Below, one piece after another: positions 48,033 through 57,586 of a stretch of DNA of 64,000 nucleotides. Numbering within the stretch: position 1 is the stretch's first letter; each line of letters starts with the position of its first letter. Position numbers and translations under genes: made by a program. Location: positions 192,001 to 256,000 of the forward strand of contig CAWCFX010000002.1 in assembly GCA_963795085.1 (NCBI GenBank). Reading direction: 5' to 3'. The stretch is from an uncultured Gemmatimonadales bacterium. GTDB lineage: Bacteria; Gemmatimonadota; Gemmatimonadetes; Gemmatimonadales; GWC2-71-9. Below the pieces are notes generated by a model, which was not told where the DNA came from, searched no databases, and saw only the letters and a list, made by a program, of their open reading frames with translations.

Positions 48033-49070
48033 ATGAGATACCGCCTGATTGCCACGACACTGCTGGCCGCTCTGTGGGTGGGAGCGTGCGACAACAAGAT
48101 CGCCGACCCGCTTCCTGGCGAGACCGCCATGATCCGCCTGGTCCACGGGGCTGCATCGCCGGGCGCACTCGACTTGCGGGTGGATGGCGCCGCGGTCCTG
48201 GCCAGCGTGGCCGCGACCCAGATCTCGAGCTACGCGGAGGTGGCCGCGGGGACCCGGACAGTCAGCGTAACCCTGGCGGGCTCCAGCCAGGTCCTGTTGA
48301 CGCGGCAGATATCTCTGGCTGCGGACGGCGAGTACACCGTCCTGGTGTCCGGCACACCAGGGTCGCCCGAGTGGATGATTGCCTCGGACACGGCATTCAT
48401 CCCGCTGGCGGGAAAGGCAAAGATCCGGGTCCTGCACGCCGCCCGCCAGGCGCCTCCCCTGGACGTGTACCTGACGACCCCGGGGGCCGACCTGGCGACC
48501 TCGTTCAAGCTGGTCGAGCCGTTTGCGTTCAACGTGAATGACACCGCGTACTTCCCCGGGTTTGCGGAGCGCGATCCGGGCGACTGGCAGATGCGGTTCA
48601 CAGCGGATGGAACGACCGACGTGGTCCTCGACACCGGCCCCTTTGCGGCGGGGGCGGGAAAGGTGATCACCGTGATCCTGTCCCACGATGGCGGGAATGC
48701 CCTGGTGGCCCGGATCGTGGATGAAACTCCCGGTACAACGCCCCAGCGAGTGGCCATCCGGGTGAACCACGCGGCACCGGCGGTGCCCAATGTCGCGCTT
48801 CACCTCACGGACCCGGGGGCGGACCTGAACCTCCCTCATCTCACGATTTCGCCGTTCAACTATGGGGTGGACAGCAGTACCGTGACGTTCATGCTGCCGC
48901 CGAACAACCAGAACAGCCTGGACTTCGAGGTGCGCTTCACCGAGATCGGCACCCTGAACCTGCTCGCTTCCTCGGGGGCGGTCTCGGCGCCGGTGAATGC
49001 GAGCAAGCTGGTCACCCTGCGGCCGGCCCAGGGCGGCGGCCTGGAGGTGGTCGTGACGGACGCGCCCTGA
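48033..49070 (+). CDS. DUF4397-like lipoprotein
   Basis: Lipobox VGAC; three repeats 'IRLVHGA/IRVLHAA/IRVNHAA'. Confidence 0.85.
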   Translation: MRYRLIATTLLAALWVGACDNKIADPLPGETAMIRLVHGAASPGALDLRVDGAAVLASVAATQISSYAEVAAGTRTVSVTLAGSSQVLLTRQISLAADGEYTVLVSGTPGSPEWMIASDTAFIPLAGKAKIRVLHAARQAPPLDVYLTTPGADLATSFKLVEPFAFNVNDTAYFPGFAERDPGDWQMRFTADGTTDVVLDTGPFAAGAGKVITVILSHDGGNALVARIVDETPGTTPQRVAIRVNHAAPAVPNVALHLTDPGADLNLPHLTISPFNYGVDSSTVTFMLPPNNQNSLDFEVRFTEIGTLNLLASSGAVSAPVNASKLVTLRPAQGGGLEVVVTDAP

Positions 49071-49114
49071 GCATTCATCTGGCCGGGAGGCGCGGTTATA
49101 TTACGCCCGCGTTT

Positions 49115-49202
49115 GGACGGGTGGCCGAGTGGCTTAAGGCGCACGCCTGGAAAGCGTGTGGGGGTCTCAAGCCCCTCGCGGGTTCGAATCCCGCCCTGTC
49201 CG
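49115..49202 (+). tRNA. tRNA-Ser (anticodon GGA), CCA not encoded
   Basis: Acceptor GGACGGG/CCTGTCC, anticodon arm CACGC-CTGGAAA-GCGTG, long variable arm, GGTTCGAATCC. Confidence 0.96.
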
Positions 49203-49263
49203 TCGGGTCCTGCCTCCGCGGGTGAATCCTTGTTCCGCCCGGTATCGTACCTAGATTCCTGTC

Positions 49264-49614
49264 ATGTCCTCCCGGTCCCTTCGATCCCGGATCGCAGCCC
49301 TGGTGCTGCTGCTCGCCTCCCCCGGCCTGGCCGGGGTGGCGCTTGCCGCGGCCCATCCATGTCCGGACCAGGCACCCTGGACCGTCGAGCCGGGCGATCA
49401 TCACCACGCCCCGGCTCCGGCGGAGCAGCATGATTGCCATTGCATCGGCAGTTGCCAGACCGCCGTCCCGGCCCCGATTCCTGCTACGGGGGACGTGCTC
49501 ACCCCGGTCGAACCCGTCGAAGCGGTCGTCCCCCGCTTTGAGGCCGGGAGCCGCATCCATCCGGTCCAGCCTCGCCACCGCCTTCCTCCCGCTACCGCAC
49601 CTCCCCAGCTCTAA
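49264..49614 (+). CDS. His/Cys-rich upstream ORF, CruR/DUF2946-like
   Basis: N-terminal hydrophobic helix, HHH, CHCIGSC, C-terminal LPPATAPP; directly upstream of a TonB receptor. Confidence 0.65.
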   Translation: MSSRSLRSRIAALVLLLASPGLAGVALAAAHPCPDQAPWTVEPGDHHHAPAPAEQHDCHCIGSCQTAVPAPIPATGDVLTPVEPVEAVVPRFEAGSRIHPVQPRHRLPPATAPPQL

Positions 49615-49637
49615 CGGCAGCGCGGTTCGCCGCGCCT

Positions 49638-49666
49638 GATGTGCCCCGCCACCGGCGGGGCGCATC
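49638..49666 (+). promoter_or_regulatory. GC-rich hairpin between the upstream ORF and the TonB receptor gene
   Basis: GATGTGCCCCGCC-ACC-GGCGGGGCGCATC (13-bp stem with one G-U pair), no U-tract. Confidence 0.55.
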
Positions 49667-49707
49667 GACATGACCATTGCCTTGGAGCCTTCATCTTGGG
49701 GAGCATC

Positions 49708-52008
49708 ATGCATGCACGTGGCATTGTTATGACGGGCCTGCTGGCCGGACTGGTTTCCGCGTCCGCCCAGGCCCAGAACGGAAGTATCAGCGGGACCGTG
49801 ACCGGAGCGGTGAGCGGCCAGGTCATCGCGGGGGCTACCGTGTCCGTGGCGGGATCCGCCCGGAGCGTCGCGACCGACCGGGTGGGACACTATCGCCTCG
49901 CCGGCGTCGCGCCGGGCCGATTGGTCCTCGATGTCCGGCAACCCGGGTATGACCCGGTGCGCCGCGAGGTGGATCTCGCGATAGACCAGGTGATGGTCCA
50001 GAACTTCGTGCTGAGCGCGGCGGCGACCGAGCTCGCCGCCCTGACGGTGATCGGTTCCCGCAGCGACCTGCAGGAGACCCGGCAACGGCTGGACCAGGTC
50101 CCCGGCGGGGTGGACCTGGTGTCCGCCGAGGAGATTCAGTCGACCCGCCAGGCCAATCTGCGAGACGTGCTCAGGATGACGCCGGGAGTCTTCGTGCAGC
50201 CGCGGTTCGGGGCCGCCGACGAGAGCCAGATCAGCATCCGGGGCTCCGGGCTTCGAAACAATTTCCACGCGCGGGGCGTCAATCTGCTGGTCAACGGGAT
50301 GCCCTACCGCAATGCCGACGGGTTCACCGACTTCGAGTCGCTGGAGCTGCTCAACACCGAGGCCATCGAGGTGTACAAGGGCGCCAACGCGCTCCGCTAC
50401 GGCGGGTCCACCATGGGCGGTGCCATCAACCTGCACACCCGGACCGGCTACACGTCCCCGGGGCTCTCGGTGACCGCCGAGGGCGGAAGCTTCGGATTCC
50501 TCAAGGCCCAGGTGGCGGCCGGAGGTGTCAGCGGCGGCTTCAACTATTTCGCCAGCTACGCCCGCACCGAGCTGGAAGGCTTCCGGGACTACAACGTGCA
50601 GGGACGCGACCGGGTCAATGCCCACGCCGGCTATGTTCTGACGCCCTCGACCGATCTGCGGGCCTTTTACTTCTTTGCCCGGGTGAATGAGCAGCTACCC
50701 GGCGCGTTGACGGCGACGGAATTCGCCGCGGATCCGACCCAGGCCAACGCCGGCAACCGCGCCGGCCGCTGGGGACGGGACTACGACCTGCACCACCTCG
50801 GGCTCCAGCTCCGCAGCCAGCCGGGCGCCAACCAGCGGCTGGAGATCAACCCGTACTTCCAGTACCGGGATATCGATCACCCGATTTTCCGGGTCATCGC
50901 CCAGGTCAGCCGCGACTACGGCGCCGAGATCCGCTACGAGAATGCGAACCCCATCGGGGGACGGACCAACCGCTTCGTGCTGGGGGTGCAGCCCGCGTTC
51001 ATGCGCCTGGACAACCGCCAGTTCGACAACCAGGCCGGCCAGCATGGGTCGCTCCGGAAGGACCAGGAGGACGGGGTCCAGGCGCTCGCGGTGTACGCCG
51101 AGAACATGCTGGGCCTGACTTCCCGGCTCTCCCTGGTGCTGGGGGCCCGGTTCGATTACTCGACTCGCAAGACCGAGGATTTCTTTCTTTCGGACGGCGA
51201 CCAGTCCGACGAACGCACCTACCAGCCGCTCAGCCCCAAGGTGGGGGTCCTCTATGTCATGGACGGCGACGGGCAGGTGTTTGCCAACGTGAGCCGGTCC
51301 TTCGAGCCGCCGCTCCTGCTGGAACTCAACAGCCTGACGGTGCCGGGGTTCATCGACCTCGAGGGGCAGGACGCGCTCCAGTTCGAGGTGGGGACCCGGG
51401 GCCGGTTCGGCGGATTCCGCTGGGACCTCTCGCTCTATGACGTCGAGATCCGCAACGAGATTCTGAACGTGAACGTGGAACCGTTCCCCGGCGCCGGGTT
51501 CACGGTGCCCACCTACCGGAACGCGGCGAAGACCAGACACTACGGCATCGAGGCCGGGGCCCAGTACGGCATCCCAGGCCCGCTCCTCACCGCCGGCCAT
51601 GGCGGCGACGGACTGCTGCTCCAGGCAGCCTACACGTTCGGCCACTTCACCTACGTTGAGGACGGGGCGTTCGGCGGCAACGACATCCCGGGCGCGCCCC
51701 GGCACGTGGTGAACGCCGAAGCCAAATACGTTCACCCCTCCGGTTTCTCCCTGGCCCCGAGCGTGGAGTGGGCACCGACGTCGTACTTTGTGAACAGCGA
51801 GAACACCGAGACCAACCGGGGCTGGATCAACCTTGGTCTCCGGGCCGAGTGGGCCCTGCCGGGGCCGGGGCTCACGATCTTCGCTGCCGGGCAGAACCTG
51901 ACCGACACCCGCCGTTCCCCCTCGGTCCAGGTGGACAATGCCGCCGGCCGTTTCTACGAGCCGATGGATGGCCGGTCCTATTACATCGGCCTGCGGTGGG
52001 GCCGGTAA
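49708..52008 (+). CDS. TonB-dependent receptor (probable metal/copper uptake)
   Basis: Signal peptide, N-terminal carboxypeptidase-regulatory-like domain, plug 'ISIRGSG...IEVYKG..A..YG...GGAIN', barrel C-terminus 'GRSYYIGLRW'. Confidence 0.93.
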   Translation: MHARGIVMTGLLAGLVSASAQAQNGSISGTVTGAVSGQVIAGATVSVAGSARSVATDRVGHYRLAGVAPGRLVLDVRQPGYDPVRREVDLAIDQVMVQNFVLSAAATELAALTVIGSRSDLQETRQRLDQVPGGVDLVSAEEIQSTRQANLRDVLRMTPGVFVQPRFGAADESQISIRGSGLRNNFHARGVNLLVNGMPYRNADGFTDFESLELLNTEAIEVYKGANALRYGGSTMGGAINLHTRTGYTSPGLSVTAEGGSFGFLKAQVAAGGVSGGFNYFASYARTELEGFRDYNVQGRDRVNAHAGYVLTPSTDLRAFYFFARVNEQLPGALTATEFAADPTQANAGNRAGRWGRDYDLHHLGLQLRSQPGANQRLEINPYFQYRDIDHPIFRVIAQVSRDYGAEIRYENANPIGGRTNRFVLGVQPAFMRLDNRQFDNQAGQHGSLRKDQEDGVQALAVYAENMLGLTSRLSLVLGARFDYSTRKTEDFFLSDGDQSDERTYQPLSPKVGVLYVMDGDGQVFANVSRSFEPPLLLELNSLTVPGFIDLEGQDALQFEVGTRGRFGGFRWDLSLYDVEIRNEILNVNVEPFPGAGFTVPTYRNAAKTRHYGIEAGAQYGIPGPLLTAGHGGDGLLLQAAYTFGHFTYVEDGAFGGNDIPGAPRHVVNAEAKYVHPSGFSLAPSVEWAPTSYFVNSENTETNRGWINLGLRAEWALPGPGLTIFAAGQNLTDTRRSPSVQVDNAAGRFYEPMDGRSYYIGLRWGR

Positions 52009-52076
52009 TGGCGGTGCCCCGGACCGGTGCCTGGCAGTATAAATTGCAACCTGGGGTCGTCCCGGGGAGGTCTTCC

Positions 52077-53390
52077 ATGAGATGGCAGGCAGTAGCGTTT
52101 TCAATGGCGTTGCTCGCTGGGTGCAACGGAGACGCGCCGCGCGCCGGGCTGGCGAGCGTGATGCTCCCGGTTCCGGCCGGCGGGGCAGAGACGGCGGATG
52201 CCGCGCTGGCCCGCGACCCGGAAACTGGCGATGTCCTGCTCAGCTGGGTCGGCGGCGATAGCGCGGGCTGGGCGCTCTATTTCGCCCGGAGCGGAGACGA
52301 GGGTCAGACCTGGGAATCCGCGACCGCGGTGACGGCGCCGGGTCTCGACCTGCGGCCCACCGGAGAATCCTCCCCCCGGCTGGTTCCCGCGGCCGGGGGC
52401 AGGGTCGCCCTGGTATGGACCCGGAGCGTCCCGGTGCCCGGGCAGCGGTGGCCGGCGACCGAGATCAGGATCGCCCGGTCCCTGGATGGCGGCGCCACCT
52501 GGTCGCCCCCGCTCACCCTGAACGACGACAGCGCCGGCACGCCGGCGGGGCACCAGTTCCAGGGGGCGGCCTGGCAGGGCGACTCGGGGCTGGTGGTGAG
52601 CTGGCTGGACGAGCGGAAGGGCGCAGCGGAGCGAGTGCTCGGCGGGACCAGCCCGACAGCAGGGGACCCGACCGATGAGCCGGACGCGGTCATCGTCACG
52701 GCCTTTTCACCCGACTTCGGGCGCACCTGGGGCCAGTCGAATGAACTCCTGTGGGGACAGGTCTGTCCCTGCTGCCGGGTGACGCTGGCGCGCCACCCCG
52801 ATGGATCGGTGATCAGCGCGTGGCGAAAACACTATCCCGGGAACATCCGGGACGTGGTGACAGCACCAGTGGCGCCCGGCCTGCGAAGCGAGCCGGTCCG
52901 GGTCAACCAGGACAACTGGGTGTATCCCGGCTGTCCCTATACCGGACCGGGTATCGCCGTGGGCCACGATGGGGCCAGGCATGTGGTCTGGTACATGGGG
53001 AAGGAGGGCGCCGCGGGGGTCTATTATCAAAGAGTGGACCAGGGCGGGTCGCCGGCCGATCCACCCCTGGCGTTAATACGGGCCCAGACCTTGCCATCGG
53101 CCCATACCACGGTCGCCGCGTTGCCCGGCGGACGCGCCCTGGCGGCCTACGACCAGACCGGGACGGGAGACCGGGCGGTCGGCCTGTCCTTGATTGGGGC
53201 CAGCCGGGATGTCCTCGAGCAGCACACCATTGCCGGCTCGGAAGGCGGGCAATATCCCCAGGTGCTGTCGGTCGGGCCCGGACGGGCCCTGGTTGCCTGG
53301 GTCGGCCGCAGCGGCGAACGACGCGCCGTGCGCCTGGCGGCGATAACTTTCAACGCTTCAGAGGGATCCGCAGTGGCCCTCAGGGACTAG
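52077..53390 (+). CDS. BNR/Asp-box repeat (sialidase-fold) lipoprotein
   Basis: Lipobox LAGC; SxDxGxTW three times; CPCC and GCP.TGP motifs. Confidence 0.85.
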   Translation: MRWQAVAFSMALLAGCNGDAPRAGLASVMLPVPAGGAETADAALARDPETGDVLLSWVGGDSAGWALYFARSGDEGQTWESATAVTAPGLDLRPTGESSPRLVPAAGGRVALVWTRSVPVPGQRWPATEIRIARSLDGGATWSPPLTLNDDSAGTPAGHQFQGAAWQGDSGLVVSWLDERKGAAERVLGGTSPTAGDPTDEPDAVIVTAFSPDFGRTWGQSNELLWGQVCPCCRVTLARHPDGSVISAWRKHYPGNIRDVVTAPVAPGLRSEPVRVNQDNWVYPGCPYTGPGIAVGHDGARHVVWYMGKEGAAGVYYQRVDQGGSPADPPLALIRAQTLPSAHTTVAALPGGRALAAYDQTGTGDRAVGLSLIGASRDVLEQHTIAGSEGGQYPQVLSVGPGRALVAWVGRSGERRAVRLAAITFNASEGSAVALRD

Positions 53391-53394
53391 CATC

Positions 53395-53790
53395 ATGCGA
53401 CTCCGAGTACCGCGATCGGCGCTGGCCATGGCGGCAGCCGTCCTGCTGTTTCCGGCCGCGTTTCATCTCCGGCTGGTCAAGAGCCTCCCCGGCGACGGCG
53501 ATGTGCTATCCTCCGCGCCGCCCGAAATCCAGCTGTGGTTCAGCCAGAAGCCCGAGATGGGACTGACCACTATCCGCCTGCTGCGTCCGGACAGTTCGAA
53601 AGTGGAGACCGGCCCGGTGGCGCCGGCCGACGACTCCCTGGCCGTCAAGGCGAAAATCGGCAGCGCGCTTGTCCCCGGCCGTTACACCGTCACCTGGAAG
53701 ACGGCTTCCCGGGACGGCCACGTGGTCCGGGGCAGCTATGATTTCATGGTGGTGCCCGGCCCCCCGGCGAGGAAGCAATCGGGCCCCTGA
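53395..53790 (+). CDS. copC: Copper-binding protein CopC
   Basis: Signal peptide followed by His ('HLRLVKSLP'), 'W...S.DGH...G'. Confidence 0.9.
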   Translation: MRLRVPRSALAMAAAVLLFPAAFHLRLVKSLPGDGDVLSSAPPEIQLWFSQKPEMGLTTIRLLRPDSSKVETGPVAPADDSLAVKAKIGSALVPGRYTVTWKTASRDGHVVRGSYDFMVVPGPPARKQSGP

Positions 53791-54689
53791 TGGACCTGCT
53801 GCTGCCCGTCGCCCGGTGGATCGGCTCCCTCGGTCTCGCGGGCCTGGTGGGAGCGGCGACCTTTCAGGCCATTATCCGACTCCGGCTGGCCCGGCACCAT
53901 TCTGCCGCCGCGCCCCGGCTCATTGGGCGGGCCCGGGCCGGGGCCTTCATCTCCCTCCTGCTCATTCTCGCATCGCTGGCGCTCAAGCTGCTGGGCCAAC
54001 TGCAGGCACTGGTGGACCCGGGTGAGGCCGTTACCCGCGAGCTGTTTGATCTTGCGGTCCTCCAGTCTTCCTGGGGACACAGCTGGCGTATCCAGGCCGG
54101 TGTCGCGGTGGCGGCGCTGGCCGGTGTGCTCCTGCTACGGAACACCTGGGCCCTGGTGGTGTTCGCGGTGGCGGCGGTGGCGGTCGCACCGCTCACCGGC
54201 CATGCGGTGGAGCACCCGTGGGGCAGGGACGTCGGGATCGCCCTGCACGGGTTCCATGCCCTCGGCGCCGGCGTCTGGCTGGGCACTCTCGCGATGGTGC
54301 TGGGCGGTGGGTACGCCGGGACGCGCGCGCTCCCGGAGGAGGACCGTCACCGGCTGATCGCCGACCTGGTGCACGCTTACTCGCCGGTGGCGCTCACCGG
54401 GGTGGCCGTGATCATCGCGGCGGGCCTCGCGATGACCTGGACATACGTGGATCCGCTCTCCGGGCTCTGGAGTACCGGATACGGCCGGGTCCTGCTGCTC
54501 AAGATCGTGCTGCTGGCCGGCACTGCAGGGCTCGGCGCCTACAACTGGAGGCGGGTCCGTCCCCGGTTGGGGGAGGCCGCCAGCAGTGCCCAGCTCTATC
54601 GTTCGGCCACGCTGGAACTGGTGCTGGGCGCGCTGGTGCTGGGCGCCACCGCCGTACTGGTGGCCATGGCCGCGCCGGGACTGGAATAA
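53790..54689 (+). CDS. copD: Copper import membrane protein CopD
   Basis: About 8 TM segments, 'TGHA', 'H....G.W.G.L', 'TGYGRVLLLK'. Confidence 0.88.
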   Translation: MDLLLPVARWIGSLGLAGLVGAATFQAIIRLRLARHHSAAAPRLIGRARAGAFISLLLILASLALKLLGQLQALVDPGEAVTRELFDLAVLQSSWGHSWRIQAGVAVAALAGVLLLRNTWALVVFAVAAVAVAPLTGHAVEHPWGRDVGIALHGFHALGAGVWLGTLAMVLGGGYAGTRALPEEDRHRLIADLVHAYSPVALTGVAVIIAAGLAMTWTYVDPLSGLWSTGYGRVLLLKIVLLAGTAGLGAYNWRRVRPRLGEAASSAQLYRSATLELVLGALVLGATAVLVAMAAPGLE

Positions 54690-54739
54690 GACGTTGCTCG
54701 GTTGATTTGGCCCGGGCACCGCACTACTTTCCCGCCCCG

Positions 54740-55276
54740 ATGCCCTCCCGCACCCCTCTCCTGGACGACCGCGCGATCAGCCGCGCACTCACCCGCATGG
54801 CTTCCGAGATCGTCGAACGCTGCCAGGGAATCGAAGGCCTCGTGCTGGTGGGAATCCAGCGCCGGGGCGTCGAGCTGGCGGACCGGCTGGCCCGGCAGAT
54901 CGAGGCCTCGGAAGGCGGGGCAGTGCAGCGGGGCAAGCTCGACATTACCCTCTATCGCGACGATCTCCAGGCGGTGGGTCCCCGCCCGGTGGTGGGCGAG
55001 ACCCGGCTGCCGGCCAACCTGGACGGCACCACGGTCGTGATCGTGGACGACGTGCTCTACACCGGGCGCACGATCCGCGCCGCGCTGGACGAGTTTGCCG
55101 ATTTCGGGCGGCCCCGGCGGATCCTGCTCTGCGTCCTGATCGACCGGGGCGGCCGGGAACTGCCGATTCACGCCGACATCGTCGGAACCACCATCAACAC
55201 CAGTCCCCGGGATCGCGTCGATGTCCTTGTCAGCGAACTCGATGGCCGCGACGCCGTTGAACTTGTCCGCGACTGA
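54740..55276 (+). CDS. pyrR: Pyrimidine regulator/uracil phosphoribosyltransferase PyrR
   Basis: '[10 protein letters not shown]', '[14 protein letters not shown]', 'DRG.RELPI'. Confidence 0.95.
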   Translation: MPSRTPLLDDRAISRALTRMASEIVERCQGIEGLVLVGIQRRGVELADRLARQIEASEGGAVQRGKLDITLYRDDLQAVGPRPVVGETRLPANLDGTTVVIVDDVLYTGRTIRAALDEFADFGRPRRILLCVLIDRGGRELPIHADIVGTTINTSPRDRVDVLVSELDGRDAVELVRD

Positions 55277-56234
55277 ACCGGCGGTGCCCACCCTGGGCAA
55301 GGACCTGGTCGGGCTGGAACCGCTCAGCGCGGACCAGATCCGCCTGATCCTCGATACCGCCGAACCCTTCAAGGAAGTGAGCGAGCGCCCGATCAAGAAA
55401 GTCCCGGCGCTCCGCGGCAAGACCATTGTCAACCTCTTCTTCGAAGCCTCCACCCGGACCCGGATCTCCTTCGAGTTTGCCGAGAAGCGGCTGTCCGCCG
55501 ACACGGTCAACGTGGCCGCGTCCGGCTCGTCGGTCAGCAAGGGGGAGACGCTGGTGGACACGGCGCGCAATCTGGAGGCGATGCGGATCGACATGGTGGT
55601 GATCCGGCACGGCTCGTCCGGGTCCGCCCAGTTCCTGGGCGACCGGATCCGCTCCAACGTGGTGAACGCCGGCGACGGCAAGCACGAGCACCCGACCCAG
55701 GGACTCCTCGATATCCTCACGCTGCGCGACAATTTCGGGAAGATCGAGGGCCTCAAGGTCGCTATCTGCGGGGACGTACTCCACAGCCGGGTGGCGCGGA
55801 GCAATATCTGGGGCCTCACCAAGCTGGGGGCCGAAGTGGCCGTCTGCGGTCCGGCCAGCCTGATGCCGCGCGACATCGAAGCCCTCGGCGTTACCATCAT
55901 CCCCCACATCGAAGACGCCATCCAGTGGGCCGATGCGCTCAATATTCTTCGTCTTCAGCTGGAGCGGATGAACGCCGGCTTCATTCCCTCGCTGCGGGAG
56001 TACAACCGGGTCTTCGGGGTCACCCGCGAGCGGCTGGAGCGGGCCCCCAAAGACCTGATCATCATGCATCCGGGCCCCATGAACCGCGGGGTTGAAATCG
56101 ACAGCGACGTCGCCGATGGCCCCCACAGCGTCATCCTGCCCCAGGTCACCAACGGCGTCGCGGTCCGGATGGCGGTGCTCTATCTGCTGGCCGGCGGGTC
56201 GCCCACGTGGGCCAGCGAGGGAGGCGAGCGGTGA
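55263..56234 (+). CDS. pyrB: Aspartate carbamoyltransferase catalytic subunit (start codon uncertain)
   Basis: 'FFEASTRT', 'HPTQ', 'HPGP'. Confidence 0.96.
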   Translation: MSATEPAVPTLGKDLVGLEPLSADQIRLILDTAEPFKEVSERPIKKVPALRGKTIVNLFFEASTRTRISFEFAEKRLSADTVNVAASGSSVSKGETLVDTARNLEAMRIDMVVIRHGSSGSAQFLGDRIRSNVVNAGDGKHEHPTQGLLDILTLRDNFGKIEGLKVAICGDVLHSRVARSNIWGLTKLGAEVAVCGPASLMPRDIEALGVTIIPHIEDAIQWADALNILRLQLERMNAGFIPSLREYNRVFGVTRERLERAPKDLIIMHPGPMNRGVEIDSDVADGPHSVILPQVTNGVAVRMAVLYLLAGGSPTWASEGGER

Positions 56235-57517
56235 GCACGATTCTCCTGCGGGGCGGGCGGGTGGTGGATCCCTCGCAGAACCTCGACCGGGTCTCCGATG
56301 TGCTGGTGGTGAACGGCAAGGTGGAGTCGGTCGCCGAGCGGCTGGCCGCACCGGATGGCGCCAACGTGATCGACGTGGCCGGCCGGGTCGTCGCCCCGGG
56401 GCTGATTGACCTCCACGTGCATTTCCGGGAGCCTGGCCAGGAGGACCTGGAGACCGTGGCCACCGGCGCGATGGCCGCCGTGGCGGGCGGCTTCACCTCG
56501 GTCTGCGCGATGCCGAATACCGATCCCGTCACCGATAACCAGGCCGCCATCGGGTTCATCGTCCGGCAGGCGCAGCGGGCGGCCCGGGCCCGGGTCTATC
56601 CGATCGGGGCGATTACCCTGGGCCAGCGGGGCGACAAGCTCGCCGAGTTCGGCGAGATGGTGGGCGCCGGCGCGGTCGCGGTGAGCGACGATGGCAAGCC
56701 GGTGGTCTCCAGCCACATGATGCGCACCGCGCTGGAGTACGCCAGGACCTTTGGCATCCCGGTGGCGGATCACTGTGAAGAGCCGTCACTCGCCCAGGGC
56801 GGCGTCATGCACGAAGGTATCGTGTCCACCCGGCTCGGCCTCAAGGGGATTCCCGCCGCCGCGGAAGAAATCATGGTCGCGCGTGATGTCATCCTCGCCG
56901 AGCTCACCGGCGGACACGTACACCTCTGCCACATGTCCACCCGGGGGTCGGTCGAAATTATCCGGCGGGCCAAGGAGAAGGGGCTCCGGGTGACGGCGGA
57001 GGCGACGCCGCACCACTTCTCCCTGACCCATGAGCGGTGCGAGGGCTACGACACCAACGCCAAGATGAACCCGCCGCTGCGCGAGGCCGCCGACCGGGAG
57101 GCGATTCGCCAGGGCCTCAAGGATGGCACCCTGGACGTGATTTCGACCGATCACGCGCCCCACCACTACGATGCCAAGGAACGCGAGTTTGACGATGCGC
57201 CCAACGGCATTATCGGGCTGGAGACCTCGCTGGGCCTGGCCCTGACCGAGCTGGTCCACACCGGGCTCCTCACCCTCCCGCAGCTGATCGCCCGGATGAG
57301 CACCGATGCGGCCCGCATTTTCAGGCTGCCGGGGGGGACTCTGCGGAAGGGGTCGCCGGCCGATATCGTGATTATCGATCCGGACCGGAAATGGACGGTG
57401 CGCCCGGAAGAATCCTTCAGCAAGAGCCGCAATACCCCGTTTGCGGGGGCCGAGTTGAAGGGCAGGGCGGTCTCCACCATCGTGCGGGGCAGCGTGGTTT
57501 TCGACCTGGGCGATTGA
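56231..57517 (+). CDS. pyrC: Dihydroorotase
   Basis: '[10 protein letters not shown]', 'KMNPPLR', 'TDHAPH'. Confidence 0.96.
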   Translation: MSTILLRGGRVVDPSQNLDRVSDVLVVNGKVESVAERLAAPDGANVIDVAGRVVAPGLIDLHVHFREPGQEDLETVATGAMAAVAGGFTSVCAMPNTDPVTDNQAAIGFIVRQAQRAARARVYPIGAITLGQRGDKLAEFGEMVGAGAVAVSDDGKPVVSSHMMRTALEYARTFGIPVADHCEEPSLAQGGVMHEGIVSTRLGLKGIPAAAEEIMVARDVILAELTGGHVHLCHMSTRGSVEIIRRAKEKGLRVTAEATPHHFSLTHERCEGYDTNAKMNPPLREAADREAIRQGLKDGTLDVISTDHAPHHYDAKEREFDDAPNGIIGLETSLGLALTELVHTGLLTLPQLIARMSTDAARIFRLPGGTLRKGSPADIVIIDPDRKWTVRPEESFSKSRNTPFAGAELKGRAVSTIVRGSVVFDLGD

Positions 57518-57586
57518 GCGAAACCAGCCTTCTATATACATTTAGCCCATCCCGGCATCGCCTTCTCACAGAGGGACGCCTCGCTC

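Noticed and set aside
49115..49263. tRNA-Ser as an integration site for an island
   Set aside because: No integrase and no duplicate of the tRNA 3' end noticed in the window.
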